A stretch of DNA of 41,053 nucleotides from Klebsormidium nitens (Eukaryota; Plantae; Klebsormidiophyceae). Below, one piece after another: positions 20,680 through 35,500 of this stretch (position 1 is its first letter; each line of letters starts with the position of its first letter). The notes below the pieces were generated by a model. The model was not told the DNA's origin. It ran no database searches and saw nothing but the letters and a program-made list of their open reading frames with translations. The stretch spans positions 1 through 41,053 of the forward strand of contig DF237674.1 in the NCBI GenBank assembly GCA_000708835.1, in the 5' to 3' direction. The translations under genes were made by a program, and so were the position numbers.

Positions 20680-21111
20680 GTCCTGAATGACAACTTAACC
20701 CAACAAGCATGCGGTCACATGAATCCCTTCTTTCCCACGGCCATCAAATAGCCTGTGCGAGAGCATCCAATGCATCCAAGGCTGTCATCTACAGCGTGTC
20801 CCGCGTAATGCAGACCTGATGGATGGCTACCTAGGAAGCCGCCATAACACTTCAGATATTAATGTGGGCTTCCCTCACTTTCTTCCACCTCCTGGCTGAC
20901 CCACCTACCTCTTGCTTCCAACAAGTTGCTCTAGCAGCTAGCTGCCCTCGTGCTTCAACAGGTACGTACCTGGCAATATCTTCGGGGTCCAAATTCACAA
21001 ATGCTGATGCGAAACTGTCCGCCTGCGAAGCTGCTACCAAGCTAGGTAGCTGGATATTGTATTTTTCAACGAGCACACTTAGATCTTTACGAGCCGAGCC
21101 CTACCATGCTA

Positions 21112-21392
21112 CCGTACCAACACGCCGGTTGATCAGAAATTAATAATTTTGACAATTTGCCCAATATTCTGATATATATTGACCTACTCTGCCCAATGTT
21201 TCAAATGGTTCAAAATTCCAATTTTGTTATTTGGATTAAATTTGAGGGGTAAAAGAATAGATTTCGCAATAAATGCAGATTTGCCCAAATCTCTGAAAAT
21301 TTCCAAAACGAGTTGCCCAAATTGTCAAACGTCCATTATCAATCGAAATTAATTATTGGGCAAAAATCTGCCCAACCGGCGTGTTGGTACGG
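21112..21392. mobile_element. MITE (281 bp), Tc1/mariner-superfamily type, with perfect 20-bp TIRs and TA target-site duplication
   Basis: CCGTACCAACACGCCGGTTG at 21112-21131 and its exact reverse complement at 21373-21392, with TA on both sides (21110-21111, 21393-21394). The interior is AT-rich and non-coding, with six TGCCCAA motifs. Confidence 0.9.
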
Positions 21393-22049
21393 TATAATAG
21401 CTGCTATATTCACTCTAGGTTCTGAAACATAGGACTTTCGTTTTTGATGTTATAGGCGGAAATCAATTGCAGCCAGAGTCCAGACTCTGCCAGCCAAAAG
21501 TGCAACGTGTCAACGCTGAGAATCGTCGATACAACTACAATACGACTAGGAATCCTAAGGTGTCCAAAGGCGCACGTTGCAGGACAATTGTGAACTAGAC
21601 GTGGGGCCGGGGAGAGTCACGAATACCCGTGAACTCAGTCGGACATGTACGGTACGGCATAGACGGTTGAGTTTTAGTTTCTTTGTTGGCTAACAATAGA
21701 CTTGAACGCATTGCTTTGTAGGTACTACAGTACCTATGTCAATACATCAATACCTTTTTCCCCTCCGGTGAAAAGATACATCTGCAGCATCAAAACTTGC
21801 ATCAATGCTCATGCGCCTTCCGCCGCGAGGCCGCGGTCTACATCTCCGCCCGAATCGAAGCTAACCGCTAGTCAGTGCGGATATTATGAATAAGCGGTTG
21901 CCATGAGCCCGCCAATACGCCAAGAGTTGGGTTTGGACCGATGTAGCACATGGAGGTTTGGGAGGGTAGCTAGGCATTCGAAACTCAAACATTGATTCCG
22001 GTGTATGCCTTAGAAGCCTATGGCCCATGTGGCTACAGTGTTTGAGAAG

Positions 22050-23600
22050 ACAACATCAATATTGTTCATAGTATATTGCTAGGCTTCGTGCTGACCTCCG
22101 CTGAGTCGGTGTAAGAAGATAAGAAGATAAGAGAGTCTGAAGAACATACCCGGTGGCAACAGCCCATTGTAACCCTACAAGGCTAGGCCAAGTTGGCACG
22201 GAAAATAAAAGAACACCCACACATGAAGTCAACCCAACATCCGTTCCCTGCGGTGGGCTTGCCAGGCATTCAAAACCTTCACGACTCACTTCACTCACGA
22301 CGGTTGCGCTACCTATTAATCTGGGCACTCCGGTGCATAGATTCGTCAATCTCTTTGTCGAATTGCTTAGCAAGTCATGTCACCGAGTTGGTAAGAATGG
22401 TACAAACGAGCATAATACAAGAAGTGCTCATGCAGAGTAAAAAGACGGGTTGTAAATTCCGCAGTGCAATTTGTCAGCGCCAAGACATCGCTTTTGATGG
22501 ACAAACTCGGGTGGAGCGTTGCAAGATAGAGAACCTTGAATTGGAAGCTGAAGCTATCGGCCATCTCTCGCACGGCTCTTGCCCCATCCGCACAAATGGG
22601 GTCTTTGCATGACCGGATTCCTCTTCGTTACAAATCATTGCACCAAAGGATATATCCACATGTATCTCTTGCTACTGTGCTAAACATGGATGCGGTCCAC
22701 GAAGGTCGGCGGATGCTCTTATACTCGTTGTATTTTCAACGGGCAGGCGGACGGGTGCTCGTTGAAGAAGAGAGTCTAGAGTTCATATGTACACACGGAG
22801 TGACAAATCATTGTATCGAAACGGGGATTAGCTAGGCATGTGTCAAACGGCTACATGTCATGTGGACACGAGCCCGACTACTAAGCAACCATTATGAAAC
22901 TCGAGTTCCTGCTAATGACGCAAGAGTACATGCAAGGCGAGGTGTAGTACTGAGAAAGCGCTTCCGCTAGGACGGCTTTTACTTTGCCGATTTGAATCGC
23001 TGGGACACGGAAGGAGCGGGCGATTGTATCCACTTCAAAGCCAAGCCAGGAAGCGCATTGAACGGGGAATAGGATGCACTTTGGGATGCTGAGGAAGGCA
23101 CCCAAGGTGGACAGGGTGAGAACAACGAAGAGGTATGACGAATGCAGAGCTCATAAATTTTGGACATGTCGGAGCTAAGAGAACTACCCATATGACAATA
23201 ATATTCACCGGGCTCGAATGCTATTCACAAACAAGAGAAAAGCTACATATTTGACAAATCCCTTGGCTGTAGTTCGCTCACTGAGCTGGTAAGATCATAG
23301 TGCATGGTCATTGGTCTGCACAACACACCGTCTCATCAGGCGTCATTATAGGTTTCAAACTATCGGCCCGGCTCTAGCGCCGACGCCCAACGGTCTACAC
23401 AACAAGGCCTATGATAAGATGGCCCTTGTTGATGACCAACTTGAATGTTGGCAGTCGCTCCAAACGTCTTGCACCAGCGTACCAATTGGTATTACTTTGG
23501 GCCCAATGCAATGACTGATCAGGGATACAAGTAGTACGCCATATGCGCCAGCCCTTACCATCCAATGATTTTCGCAGGCTACCGTCCAAAGGGGCATGTG
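22050..23600 (-). mobile_element. Degenerate DIRS-like (tyrosine-recombinase) retrotransposon remnant, RT / RNase H / downstream domain
   Basis: Fragment LGAFLSIPKCILFPVQCASWLGFEVDTIARSFRVPAIQIGKVKAVL (about 23105-22970) matches the C-terminal pattern of DIRS-type RT (LG..v...K..l.P.q...wLGf.iD....f.vP..ki). Further downstream are NCTAEFTTR and ASPPQ..LFSVPTWPS, resembling the N..AD.LSR and PP..P.W.S motifs. There are many stops and frameshifts, and the boundaries are approximate. Confidence 0.55.
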
Positions 23601-24115
23601 TGCGACTGACGACTCAAAAGCTCGAGGAACTTGGACTATGAACTAGGGTCGAAAGTCAACGAGCCATGGGCTTCTAATATTAGCGAAAGAAACCCAAACT
23701 TAATGCCATTGCTAAGTCTACAACTGCCCTACATGTTAGCAACTATCTTCCACACCTTGCATATCCCCCCAACATGAAAGAGGGAGGGAGTCGCCGGGTG
23801 GACCAGACCAAAAGATCAGCCTAAGCCGCACAGAATCAGAAACAGAGATTGCCCTAATCGCGTGGAAAATACCATGCAGCAATCTGGCACTCGATGCGAG
23901 AGAACATTTGGGAAAACTTAAAGCGTCGTGAGAGCATGGTTGTCGAAAAAGCCTTTTTATGGGAGACAGGTTCTGCATTCCCAGACTGGCTATTGAGCAG
24001 CAGTGACGCGCCTCTCTTCACTACGTCTGCATCTGAAACACCCTGATCCAGAGCTTTGATGCCCCCATCTGTTTCCTTCGAGCTTCGTGAGGTTCACAAT
24101 CCACTTCGCCGCAGC

Positions 24116-24120
24116 TTACA
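24116..24120 (-). promoter_or_regulatory. Candidate UGUAA polyadenylation signal of the p44 gene
   Basis: TGTAA on the minus strand about 107 nt after the TGA stop. UGUAA is the established chlorophyte near-upstream element. A 5-mer match is weak evidence. Confidence 0.35.
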
Positions 24121-24226
24121 CGTTCTGGGGCGTTCCCACGGCCCAGAAACGTCCTTGTTGGAGGCGCCCGTGTTGCTTCGTTCAGGTCCGCCGCCCGCTG
24201 GTGCGCGGGTGTGCGCTGGGCCGCGG

Positions 24227-27200
24227 TCATCCGGGGGGGTCGTCGGGTGCGGCTGGGCGGCACTCGCAGCCGGGGCAGTTGTGCAGGCTCTCGTGCACGA
24301 TGGCGTCGCAGTCGAAGCAAAAGTGGCGCGCGCAGCGGGGGCACACCAGACGCACGCCGGTCGCACCACCTGGCAGCCCAAACCGCGAGGTCAGCAATGC
24401 GGCAATGACCCGGGCACAACCTGGCGAGCCGGGAACGACGACATAACAATCTTCGTCTGCCATGCCTCCAACAGGCGCCGGAGTGCCGCGCTCCTTCTTG
24501 ATCGGGCTTAAGACACAGCAACTGCAGTTGGCCCCACCACAAGTCCAAACGGCGCTGCTAGTCTGCGCGTCGCTACCCAGGATGAGCCCGCACCCGCGGT
24601 TCAGGCTGCGGGCAGGGGTCGCGCCTCACCCGCAACGCCGGGCAGCCCAGCCTGGCAGGCGAAGCACGTGGCCGGCAGCGCAGCGGAGGAGGAGGACGCC
24701 TGCAGGCAGAGGGACGAGTCAGCGGAGGAGGCACCAAGGTGGGCCGCGCCAAGCAGGGGGCGGGGGGGGGGGCGGAGTGGGGCGGCAGCGCAGCAGTACC
24801 TGCCACTCGTCGTAGGGCGGCACCGGGAAGAGGTGGTGGTAGCTGCGCGCCAGGTGGGGGGACGACATGAGCGTGATGCTGCACACGTGGCACTCCGTGG
24901 GCAGCTCGCACACCTGCGTCAGCACGACAAGGGTCAAAAGCGCAAAGACCCCCCGGCGAAAGCAGGCCTCCCACTGCACATCCAGTACCGCTGCTCGAAG
25001 ACAGGCGGCGCAGTGGGAGGGGGCCCCTGTCGGCCAGGTGGCGCCCTCCATCTGGCATAGCGTGGGGTGCAGGTTGGCGGCGCGGCGGGGAGGGGGAGGG
25101 GGGCAGCTCACCCGGGCCTTGCAGCGCGGGCAGACGTAGGCGCCGTCCAGGCGGAGGTCGGCGTGGCAGGCGCAGATGCTGGCCGCGCCGTCAGGCTGCC
25201 GCTGCAGGCAGCACAGGCAAGGGGGCGTCACCACGCGCTAGCGCCAGACGTTGAGGCAGCGCCNNNNNNNNNNNNNNNNNNNNNNNNNNNNNNNNNNNNN
25301 NNNNCGGCGACAGGCAAGGGGGCGGTCGACCACGCGCTGCGCCAGACGTTGAGGCAGCGCCGCGTCAGTCAAAGTGGGCCGGACAGGGCGGGGGCGAGCC
25401 AGGAGCGGGGGGACGGGGCCATGCGGGTTACCTGGGGGAAGCCCATGCGGATGAGGCTGGCGGGCGCGTCCTGCTGCAGGGCGGGCGGGGGGGGCGCGTG
25501 CTCCAGCAGCAGGTCGCGCAGGTGGCCCTGCACCCGCCACCAGTCCATGCAGCGCGTCAGGCGGGCAGCCGGCCAACCAGTCCAGCCCGGACACAGCGGA
25601 CAAGGCAGAGGGAGGGAGGGGAGACGGGCGGGGCGTCCATCACTGGGCGGCAGGCATGGCAGTGGAGGCGGGCCGTACCTCGGAGGTGGCGATGGTGTAG
25701 GTGCCCCCGGTGAGGCGGGCCAGCGTGGCGCAGATGTACACCTGCACCGCGCCACGTGCTAGGCAGTCAGGAGCAGGGGGACGCACCGCCAGGGGCAGGC
25801 GGGGGGCACCAAAGGAGCAACGAATGGCGGGAGCATCCATGGAGGCTGTGGGGGAGCGCAGACCGGCGGCCGTGCGACGGGGGGCGAGGGCCCCACCTCG
25901 GCGGCGAGGCCCACGACGGAGCAGCGGATGCGGTGCTTCTTGCAGGCGGCGATGGCCGCGTGGATGTCCCCCGGGTCGCATGTCGTCAGCGCCGACGACA
26001 CGACCACCACCTGCACCAGCACCGCGAGAGCACGGCCGCAGCAGCAGTCAACGGGCATCCCAAGGAAAGCGCGCCAGAGAGCGGTCCGGCCTGGAAGCCA
26101 GGTGGAGCTGGAGGGAGAGGCCAGGAGACAGGAACGGAGGGGCCCCCTCGCCCGGGCAGCGCCACCACTGGGCAGAGTGTGCACCGCGGCGGGGGTGGGC
26201 GGCGGGCGTACCTCGCGGTGGCCGTAGGCGGGGATGGGCGCCAGCGCGGCGCGGGCGAGGTCCAGGCCGTTCTGCAGCGACGCCTCGCCGTCAGCACCCA
26301 GGCTCGCCCTGCAGCAGCAACGCGAGGAGGGGGGGGAGAGCCGCAGCCGTCGTTCAGCAGGGAGAGGAGACAGCCAGGGAGAAGGCCCTATGGACGGTCT
26401 GATAGGTCCTCTGGATATGCAAAACATCGCCGAACATAGGGATGACAATGGAGAAGCGGGAATCAGGAGAGCAGATTTAGGTGCTCGACGGAAATTAGGT
26501 GCAAATCCGGAAGAGCCAAGGGAACGGGGGCAGCGATAAGAAGAAAATCTAAGGAGGAACGCAAGTCGAGGGGAAAAGAAAAGCAAGCACGCCAGACCCC
26601 CCTGGGGACTAAGAAGAAGAAAGACAGGCTGTCGGAGCAGCAGAACAGAATACGCAGCTGCGATGGGGGGAGATAATGATCATGGTCAAGGAATTTGCCA
26701 GCACTCCGGAAACCAGGTTCAGCGCACGCTCACACACACACATGAAGTGAAGGGTACGGGCATGTTGGGTAGGAAACGGAGGGTACTGACTCGGAGAAAG
26801 GGGTTGGGGGAGTTAAGACGGGGGTGGGAGGGAGAACAACAGGGAGAGGGGGCAAGGGCGGCGGTGGCTCACTTGAGGGCGGTGATGTGGGACTGCGGGC
26901 TGCCGCTCAGCTCCGTCAGCTGTGCACACACAGAATATGGCGCTCATCAGCGATGCGAAAAGGCCATAGGGGGTCACCCAACAAGCTAGGAGCCCAGCTG
27001 ACGTGGTGGGGGGGCGGCTCACCCGCTGGGCCACGCCGGCGCGCAGCGCAATGATGCCCAGGTGGCTCAGCGGGTTCTGGTCAAAGAACTCGCGGATGAA
27101 CACCTGCAGCGCACGACACCGCCCTCAGTCCCCGTCTGGCGCGCAGGCAGCCTCCCCATAACACAGTGGCACAGAGGAAGCGCGTTCCGGGCACGGACAT

Positions 27201-29006
27201 CAGTAGCAGCGGCAGCAGGGCGGGCGCGCACCTCCACCAGCGCTGCCACGACGGCCATGCGCGACGGGTGGAAGTCAACCTCGGCCGCCGCGCGCGAGAG
27301 GTCCACCACCTGCCAGCGCAGCAGCAGGAGCAGGAGGAGGGGGCGTCAGGGGGAGAGGGGCCGAGGAAGCGGCGAGGCGGGCGGAGCAGGCAGCGGGCCA
27401 CAGGAATGGGGGGAACAAGAAGGGATACAGAGGAACCGGGCAAAGGTGGTCGAACAAGGCAAGGCGATACAGTCGCACGCGCTGGTTGGGGAGCACAGGA
27501 CGAGCATGCCTCGGCGCAAGGCTTGATCAAACAGCAAGGATGGCAGGGCGCACCAGGACGAGGTAGCGAATCATGCCCCGCCGAATACGTGCGGCAGGCG
27601 CAGCGAGGTGCCTGCGAGAAAGGCAGGCACGGGCGGGTGCCCCCAGTCATCATTGAGAAGCGGGGCAGGCATGAGGGGCCNNNNNNNNNNNNNNNNNNNN
27701 NNNNNNNNNNNNNNNNNNNNNNNNNNNNNNNNNNNNNNNNNNNNNNNNNNNNNNNNNNNNNNNNNNNNNNNNNNNNNNNNNNNNNNNNNNNNNNNNNNNN
27801 NNNNNNNNNNNNNNNNNNNNNNNNNNNNNNNNNNNNNNNNNNNNNNNNNNNNNNNNNNNNNNNNNNNNNNNNNNNNNNNNNNNNNNNNNNNNNNNNNNNN
27901 NNNNNNNNNNNNNNNNNNNNNNNNNNNNNNNNNNNNNNNNNNNNNNNNNNNNNNNNNNNNNNNNNNNNNNNNNNNNNNNNNNNNNNNNNNNNNNNNNNNN
28001 NNNNNNNNNNNNNNNNNNNNNNNNNNNNNNNNNNNNNNNNNNNNNNNNNNNNNNNNNNNNNNNNNNNNNNNNNNNNNNNNNNNNNNNNNNNNNNNNNNNN
28101 NNNNNNNNNNNNNNNNNNNNNNNNNNNNNNNNNNNNNNNNNNNNNNNNNNNNNNNNNNNNNNNNNNNNNNNNNNNNNNNNNNNNNNNNNNNNNNNNNNNN
28201 NNNNNNNNNNNNNNNNNNNNNNNNNNNNNNNNNNNNNNNNNNNNNNNNNNNNNNNNNNNNNNNNNNNNNNNNNNNNNNNNNNNNNNNNNNNNNNNNNNNN
28301 NNNNNNNNNNNNNNNNNNNNNNNNNGAGAAGCGGGGCAGGCATGAGGGGCCGCAGCCTTGCAGCAATGACCAGGGACACGCCTGACAGCCCCGGCAGCGC
28401 AGGCGGCCAGCGCGGCGCAGCAGGTGACAGGGGCCCCAGGAGGGGTGCGGCCCACCTGCGGCGGCGCTCGCGCTGCTGCGCGGTCACGTCCAGGGCGCGC
28501 AGCAGGCCCGCATCGTCCTCCTGCAGCATCTGCACCCCGCACCACAGCCCAGCGTCAGCCTCCCAGGAAGCAGGCCAAGCCAGCGCCGGCACCCGGCCCC
28601 ACGGCCTCACCCAGCGCACTCAAGGCCCGGCAGACACCTTCAATACCCTCGACCCGAAAGCAATCTTTGTGATGACCCACAGAGGAGGCGGCCCGCAGCA
28701 CTCACCTCCCATGACCGCTCGTCAGCGTACTCGCGCTCCCAGGCCTGCCACACACAACAACAACAGGCTGCATAAGGTGGGGGTGAACGGACAGCTGCAG
28801 AGGCAGTGGGCGCAGCGCTGCTGAATGACAAGCATGATGGCGGGGTGGTGCAAGCGCAAGGGTCATGAGGACATGCGCGCTGTGAGCGGCAGGCTGACCC
28901 GTGCGTCGCGCCCCGCTTCTTCTGCCTCCAGGTCCCCATCCTCCTCGGCGTCCTGCAGGAGCGCGTCGGCAGGTGGGCCCTGCGGGTGGGGCCCAGCAGG
29001 AGACAT
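24227..29006 (-). CDS. GTF2H2: General transcription factor TFIIH subunit 2 (p44/SSL1), 423 aa
   Basis: 15 exons: 29006-28899, 28744-28706, 28529-28456, 27611-27554, 27309-27232, 27103-27023, 26919-26873, 26308-26212, 26010-25897, 25741-25679, 25527-25432, 25201-25112, 24913-24800, 24699-24630, 24369-24227. They total 1272 nt with compatible phases. Motifs: [109 protein letters not shown]. Both N gaps fall in introns. Confidence 0.96.
25264..25304. other. Assembly gap (41 N) with duplicated flanks
   Basis: About 50 bp, acaggcaagggggc...gcgccagacgttgaggcagcgcc, occurs on both sides of the gap with a few indels. Confidence 0.95.
27681..28325. other. Assembly gap (645 N) with identical 26-bp flanks
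   Basis: gagaagcggggcaggcatgaggggcc at 27655-27680 and again at 28326-28351. Confidence 0.97.
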
Positions 29007-30250
29007 GCGGAGGGCCGGCAGAGACGAGCGGCCAGCACAGGAAGGACAAGGAATGAGCAGGATGGATCGGCGACTCGAAGGACGGCCGCCTGCGCCTCGC
29101 CAATTGTGCAAGGCCCGGCTTCCCTGGCCTAGGATAGGCTTTTCACAGCCTTCAAGGGATTGCACAGCATTCTACTGATGCGGTCTCTTGACACTTGCCC
29201 AATGTTGAACAACTGTTTTCAGATTTAGGTTTATATTTACAGTGTCAATCGGCTAGCCTCCAGCTTGCCAGCGAGCTTCAGTCGAAGCGGAAGAGGTGGT
29301 GCCCTATCCAGGTCCTGTCCAGAACTTGAAGACGACGTGCTGCATTTGAAGCGGGTGTAGCCATTGGCATTTGAGGCGCCGTCTGTCTTGGCGGTTTCAT
29401 CCATCCAGGGCAGGTCCTTCCGTGTCCCTTGTTACGAGGTGCACCAAGTGTCCGGTGGTGCACGTGGATTGCCCCCGCGCGCACCTCGTCTCGCCAGCTT
29501 GCGGAGCGCGGCGGGGCTCCTTGCTGGTGCGTGCTCCCTGCCCTGCTCCCTCACTGCGCGCACTTTTACTGCCACTGCCGCTCCATCAGCCCTGTTTGTG
29601 TCAGTTGCCACTGTCCTGCTTTCCTCTGGGGCTCTTTCTGACTTGTTTGTTGCACTTGCCATGCTGAGGGGTCTGGACCAAAGAGAGGAGTGTGGTGGGT
29701 TGTGATGGTGGTCGCGGATCTTGTTACACCTCTCTTCCCATGGAACGTTGTTGATGGAACTTTGACTGGGACGCCGGCGGCCACCATGTGCACTCAATGG
29801 TATTTGTGTGCCCGCCTTACCTGCACCACTGGTTGCTCTTGTTGGATGCCTCTGTCGATCTCTCGGTTGCGCTGTCCCCCCTGGCCCCAGCCTGCCCCGC
29901 TCTGCTGCCCTGCTTCCCGTTCCTGCTGTTGTAGTGCTGGCTTGGTTGGCGCCTGGTCTGCGTGCCTTGGCGCTGCAACCGCTCTCATGGCGCTCTCTTT
30001 TCTTGCTGCACATTTGCACCACTACAAGCAATGCCCTAGAGAAGACATGGAGTGCGCGGGCAAGCTGCTTGCGCTGCTTTGGGGCTAGGGTTGTACGGGA
30101 GCCTTTGTGAATCATGCCTGCGCTGTCTCTCCGTTGCCTCACCCTCTGCAATTTTTAAGAATCGCTGCACTGTTTTCAGGTTCTGGTGCTCACCCTGGCG
30201 GACCTTGTCTTTGTGGACCAGACAGCGCAGCGCCGGCCCCAGTGGTGCCC

Positions 30251-32594
<2,344 letters not shown>

Positions 32595-35500
32595 TATATT
32601 ACCATTCCATCAAAAATGCCCGGCCAAATCTTTTTGCTTGCAATGATGGTAGTAACGCGAAAGGCTGGTCTCCAAATGCATGTTCTTATTGATCCTCTTG
32701 ACAATTCATGTCGACACACGTATCCAGCCATGATTGAACTGCGCTCTTTCAATCCAGTACGTGCGTTCAGCCATCTTATGCAATGGGCACTACATGAGCT
32801 TGTCACACCATGAGCAGTGTCCAGATTTCCGACGGTCCATGGATGGTGCATCATGCATGGTTTATACATTGCTAATATGGGACGCATGCGTGTCGCGTAC
32901 AGATTGTCTAGAGCAATCATTGAAGCTCTCATGCACGGGTTCCAATGTCACTCAATCGTGACTAACTGTAACTCCACTTGGTCGACGTTTAGCCGAACAC
33001 AGCTCCGAGGGCCGAACCGACATTGATCGAAATGAATCCAATTCATGCAATTCATGCTAGACAACACAATGACTCGATCGAATTGATTTCAGCGCAGTGA
33101 ATTGACATGGACATATGTCACATGAACGGAGGGGCTACATCATAATGTGACCCGGAACCTCTCATCGATTATACTTTATCACACAGGCGGTTTATATGCG
33201 GATTTACGATTCCGTGAACTCGGCGGTCCAAACCGCAATTAATGCATCGGCGGATGCATCGCCAATTGACCGAGATGTAGGATTTCAAGATTGCCCTCTT
33301 TGGAGAGTCCGAAACCGCGATTCAATGGCAGGAAAATTGGGAATATTAAAGGTTCAAAATAAATTGTGGCACCGTTTCGTTTCGTCCTATGGAAACATGG
33401 TGTAACTTGAGACTTAAGCTCTCCTCACCCAGTGTAACAAATTGCAACAAAGCAGCCCGATGTTTCATCGATGCAGACTAAAGTTAGAAAGAACCAAAGT
33501 TGGAAGACTTTTACGTTCGATTGGGACGTCGAAGTCAAGGTCCCGCTGCCGAGCTTTGGTTATGCCGCGCGCGTATTCAGACCACTAAGGCCTATATTAT
33601 CAACAGGTCGAAGGCTTATATCCGATGAACGTATAGCCGCGTATAGCGGGCTCATCGAAACATGACAAGCTCAACATCGACTGCCGCCAGTCCCAAACCG
33701 CGATCTCAAGATTGAGAACCGAGGTGTGTCCTCGGTCACTCCGCAATGCAACCGCGGTCTATAGTGTCGACTCCCCGGTCTCCAAAACCGCATAATAAAC
33801 CGCCTGTGCAATGAAAAGTTTCCTTGACCCGAGTCCTTCTTTAATGGAGGCCCAATTGACTCAGGTGATTCCAAAGGCAACTATCATAACAACTATCATA
33901 AGATGCATCGGATTGGCCTTCTCGTTCTGAAAGTTGACTTAACGCTTACTCGGAAAGTTTTGAATCAGCTTCGGCACTGAAGATGATCAAACGCACGATA
34001 GTAATACAGGTTAGGAATTAAAATGAGTTGTTCAATAACCTCAGTTTGGAGCCGTAGTCAGCTAAGTTGACTGTGTATATATAGTACGAATCGTTTTGTG
34101 CTACTAACCATGTTCCAAGGCAAACTCTGCTTAAGTGTTAAACTTTCCATACTGCATCTTTGTCTCGTGAATCTAGCAATGACCGTAAGCTTTGCTCCCC
34201 TTCACCTCGAAGGATCGAAGTTGGAAGATGGAACGCTCTTCTAAGGTTGTTATATGTTGGGCAATCAAATTCGAAATGGACCTCGTCCTCTACTTTTGCG
34301 GCCTAACACAACGCACGATATCTCTCTATGCGCGGCTTCCCGGCTTCCCCCGCCAGGCTCCAGTCCTATCGCTCTAGCTATGGCCAGAATTATGAGCCAA
34401 ACTGCGGAAATGAGTGGGGTCCTCCGAGAGGAGTCCGGATGAGGGTGAAGCGGGAGCGTATGCGGCCAAGCATAAGGGCTACCCGAACTTAGAAAAGAGC
34501 CGGGGAATTTCAAGAGGTGGGAGTTCAAAGCAAGCGCTTTTTTAGGTTCATTACTAATATGAATAAGTGTCAATCAATCACAATGTTCAAAACATTCCAG
34601 ATCCTGAGGAACATGTACCTTAGCTTTCAATAACTCAATTCACCTCGACCGGGCACTCGTCGGTTCGACTATATGAAATCCTATCCAAGTGACCGCGTCT
34701 CTGTACGGCTCACTCGGATAATTATATCACTTGCTACATGAGCTCGAGGACCACCTCGGACTTCTGGTCGGTAGTACTATACCAAGTTGGTCGTACTGCC
34801 GTACTACTCGATTCACAGATACACAGATGCATACTGATGGTCGGGACTAAGGTCGCAACGAGCCAAACACGCGGAACTTCCGAATCTTGAATTTAGTTTC
34901 AGTGTATCCTGCATTGGCTACGGCTATCACACATGGTCTTGTTTATTCATATTGTTTTTGCAACCGCATGCTATGTCGATGAAACAAAGCGGACTGCGCA
35001 GGCTGCTTGGATCCAAATGTGATTGGATGATTTAAACGTTCGGGAAAATGCTTATCACTGTCCGAATGGCACGGACCTTCTTCCCGGAGCACAACCACCA
35101 GCATGGCTGCCATAGCAGGGAAGGCAGCTTCCGGATGGCTGTGTGGTTGAAGTTGAGAAGCTACAAAGAGGCTTAAGGGGCCCATAGATCTGCATCTTTG
35201 AAGGTTTCCAGGTTTTCCGTTTGCATGTTCTGTCCAGCAGAACCATGCAAAGCATGGTGAAATTTCTTGGAAGTGAGGTTGAAGCCACCGCGCAATGACA
35301 TGCTACATTTTGTAAAGCATGTTCCCGAACTTTCTGTGCAGCTGAAATACCTTTCATCAAGCAATGGAACACATATCTGAAGTTTCTAAAGAAAAGAACA
35401 TGGAAAGTTTCGCTGTTCTCTAAAACCCGAAAAACCCCGAAACATTGCCTGTCCGAGAGCTCAGATGAGCTACCTAGCTAGCTTCTTTGATCCACTCCTA

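Noticed and set aside
1295-21394. CRISPR array or prokaryotic defence system
   Set aside because: The repeats have only 2-3 copies or are coding or MITE-internal. There is no repeat-spacer periodicity and no cas genes, and the locus is eukaryotic.
29364-30088. Hydrophobic plus-strand ORFs upstream of SRPK as a membrane-protein gene
   Set aside because: Cys/Leu-rich translation typical of pyrimidine-rich intron or UTR sequence, with no motifs. Most likely SRPK 5' UTR and intron.
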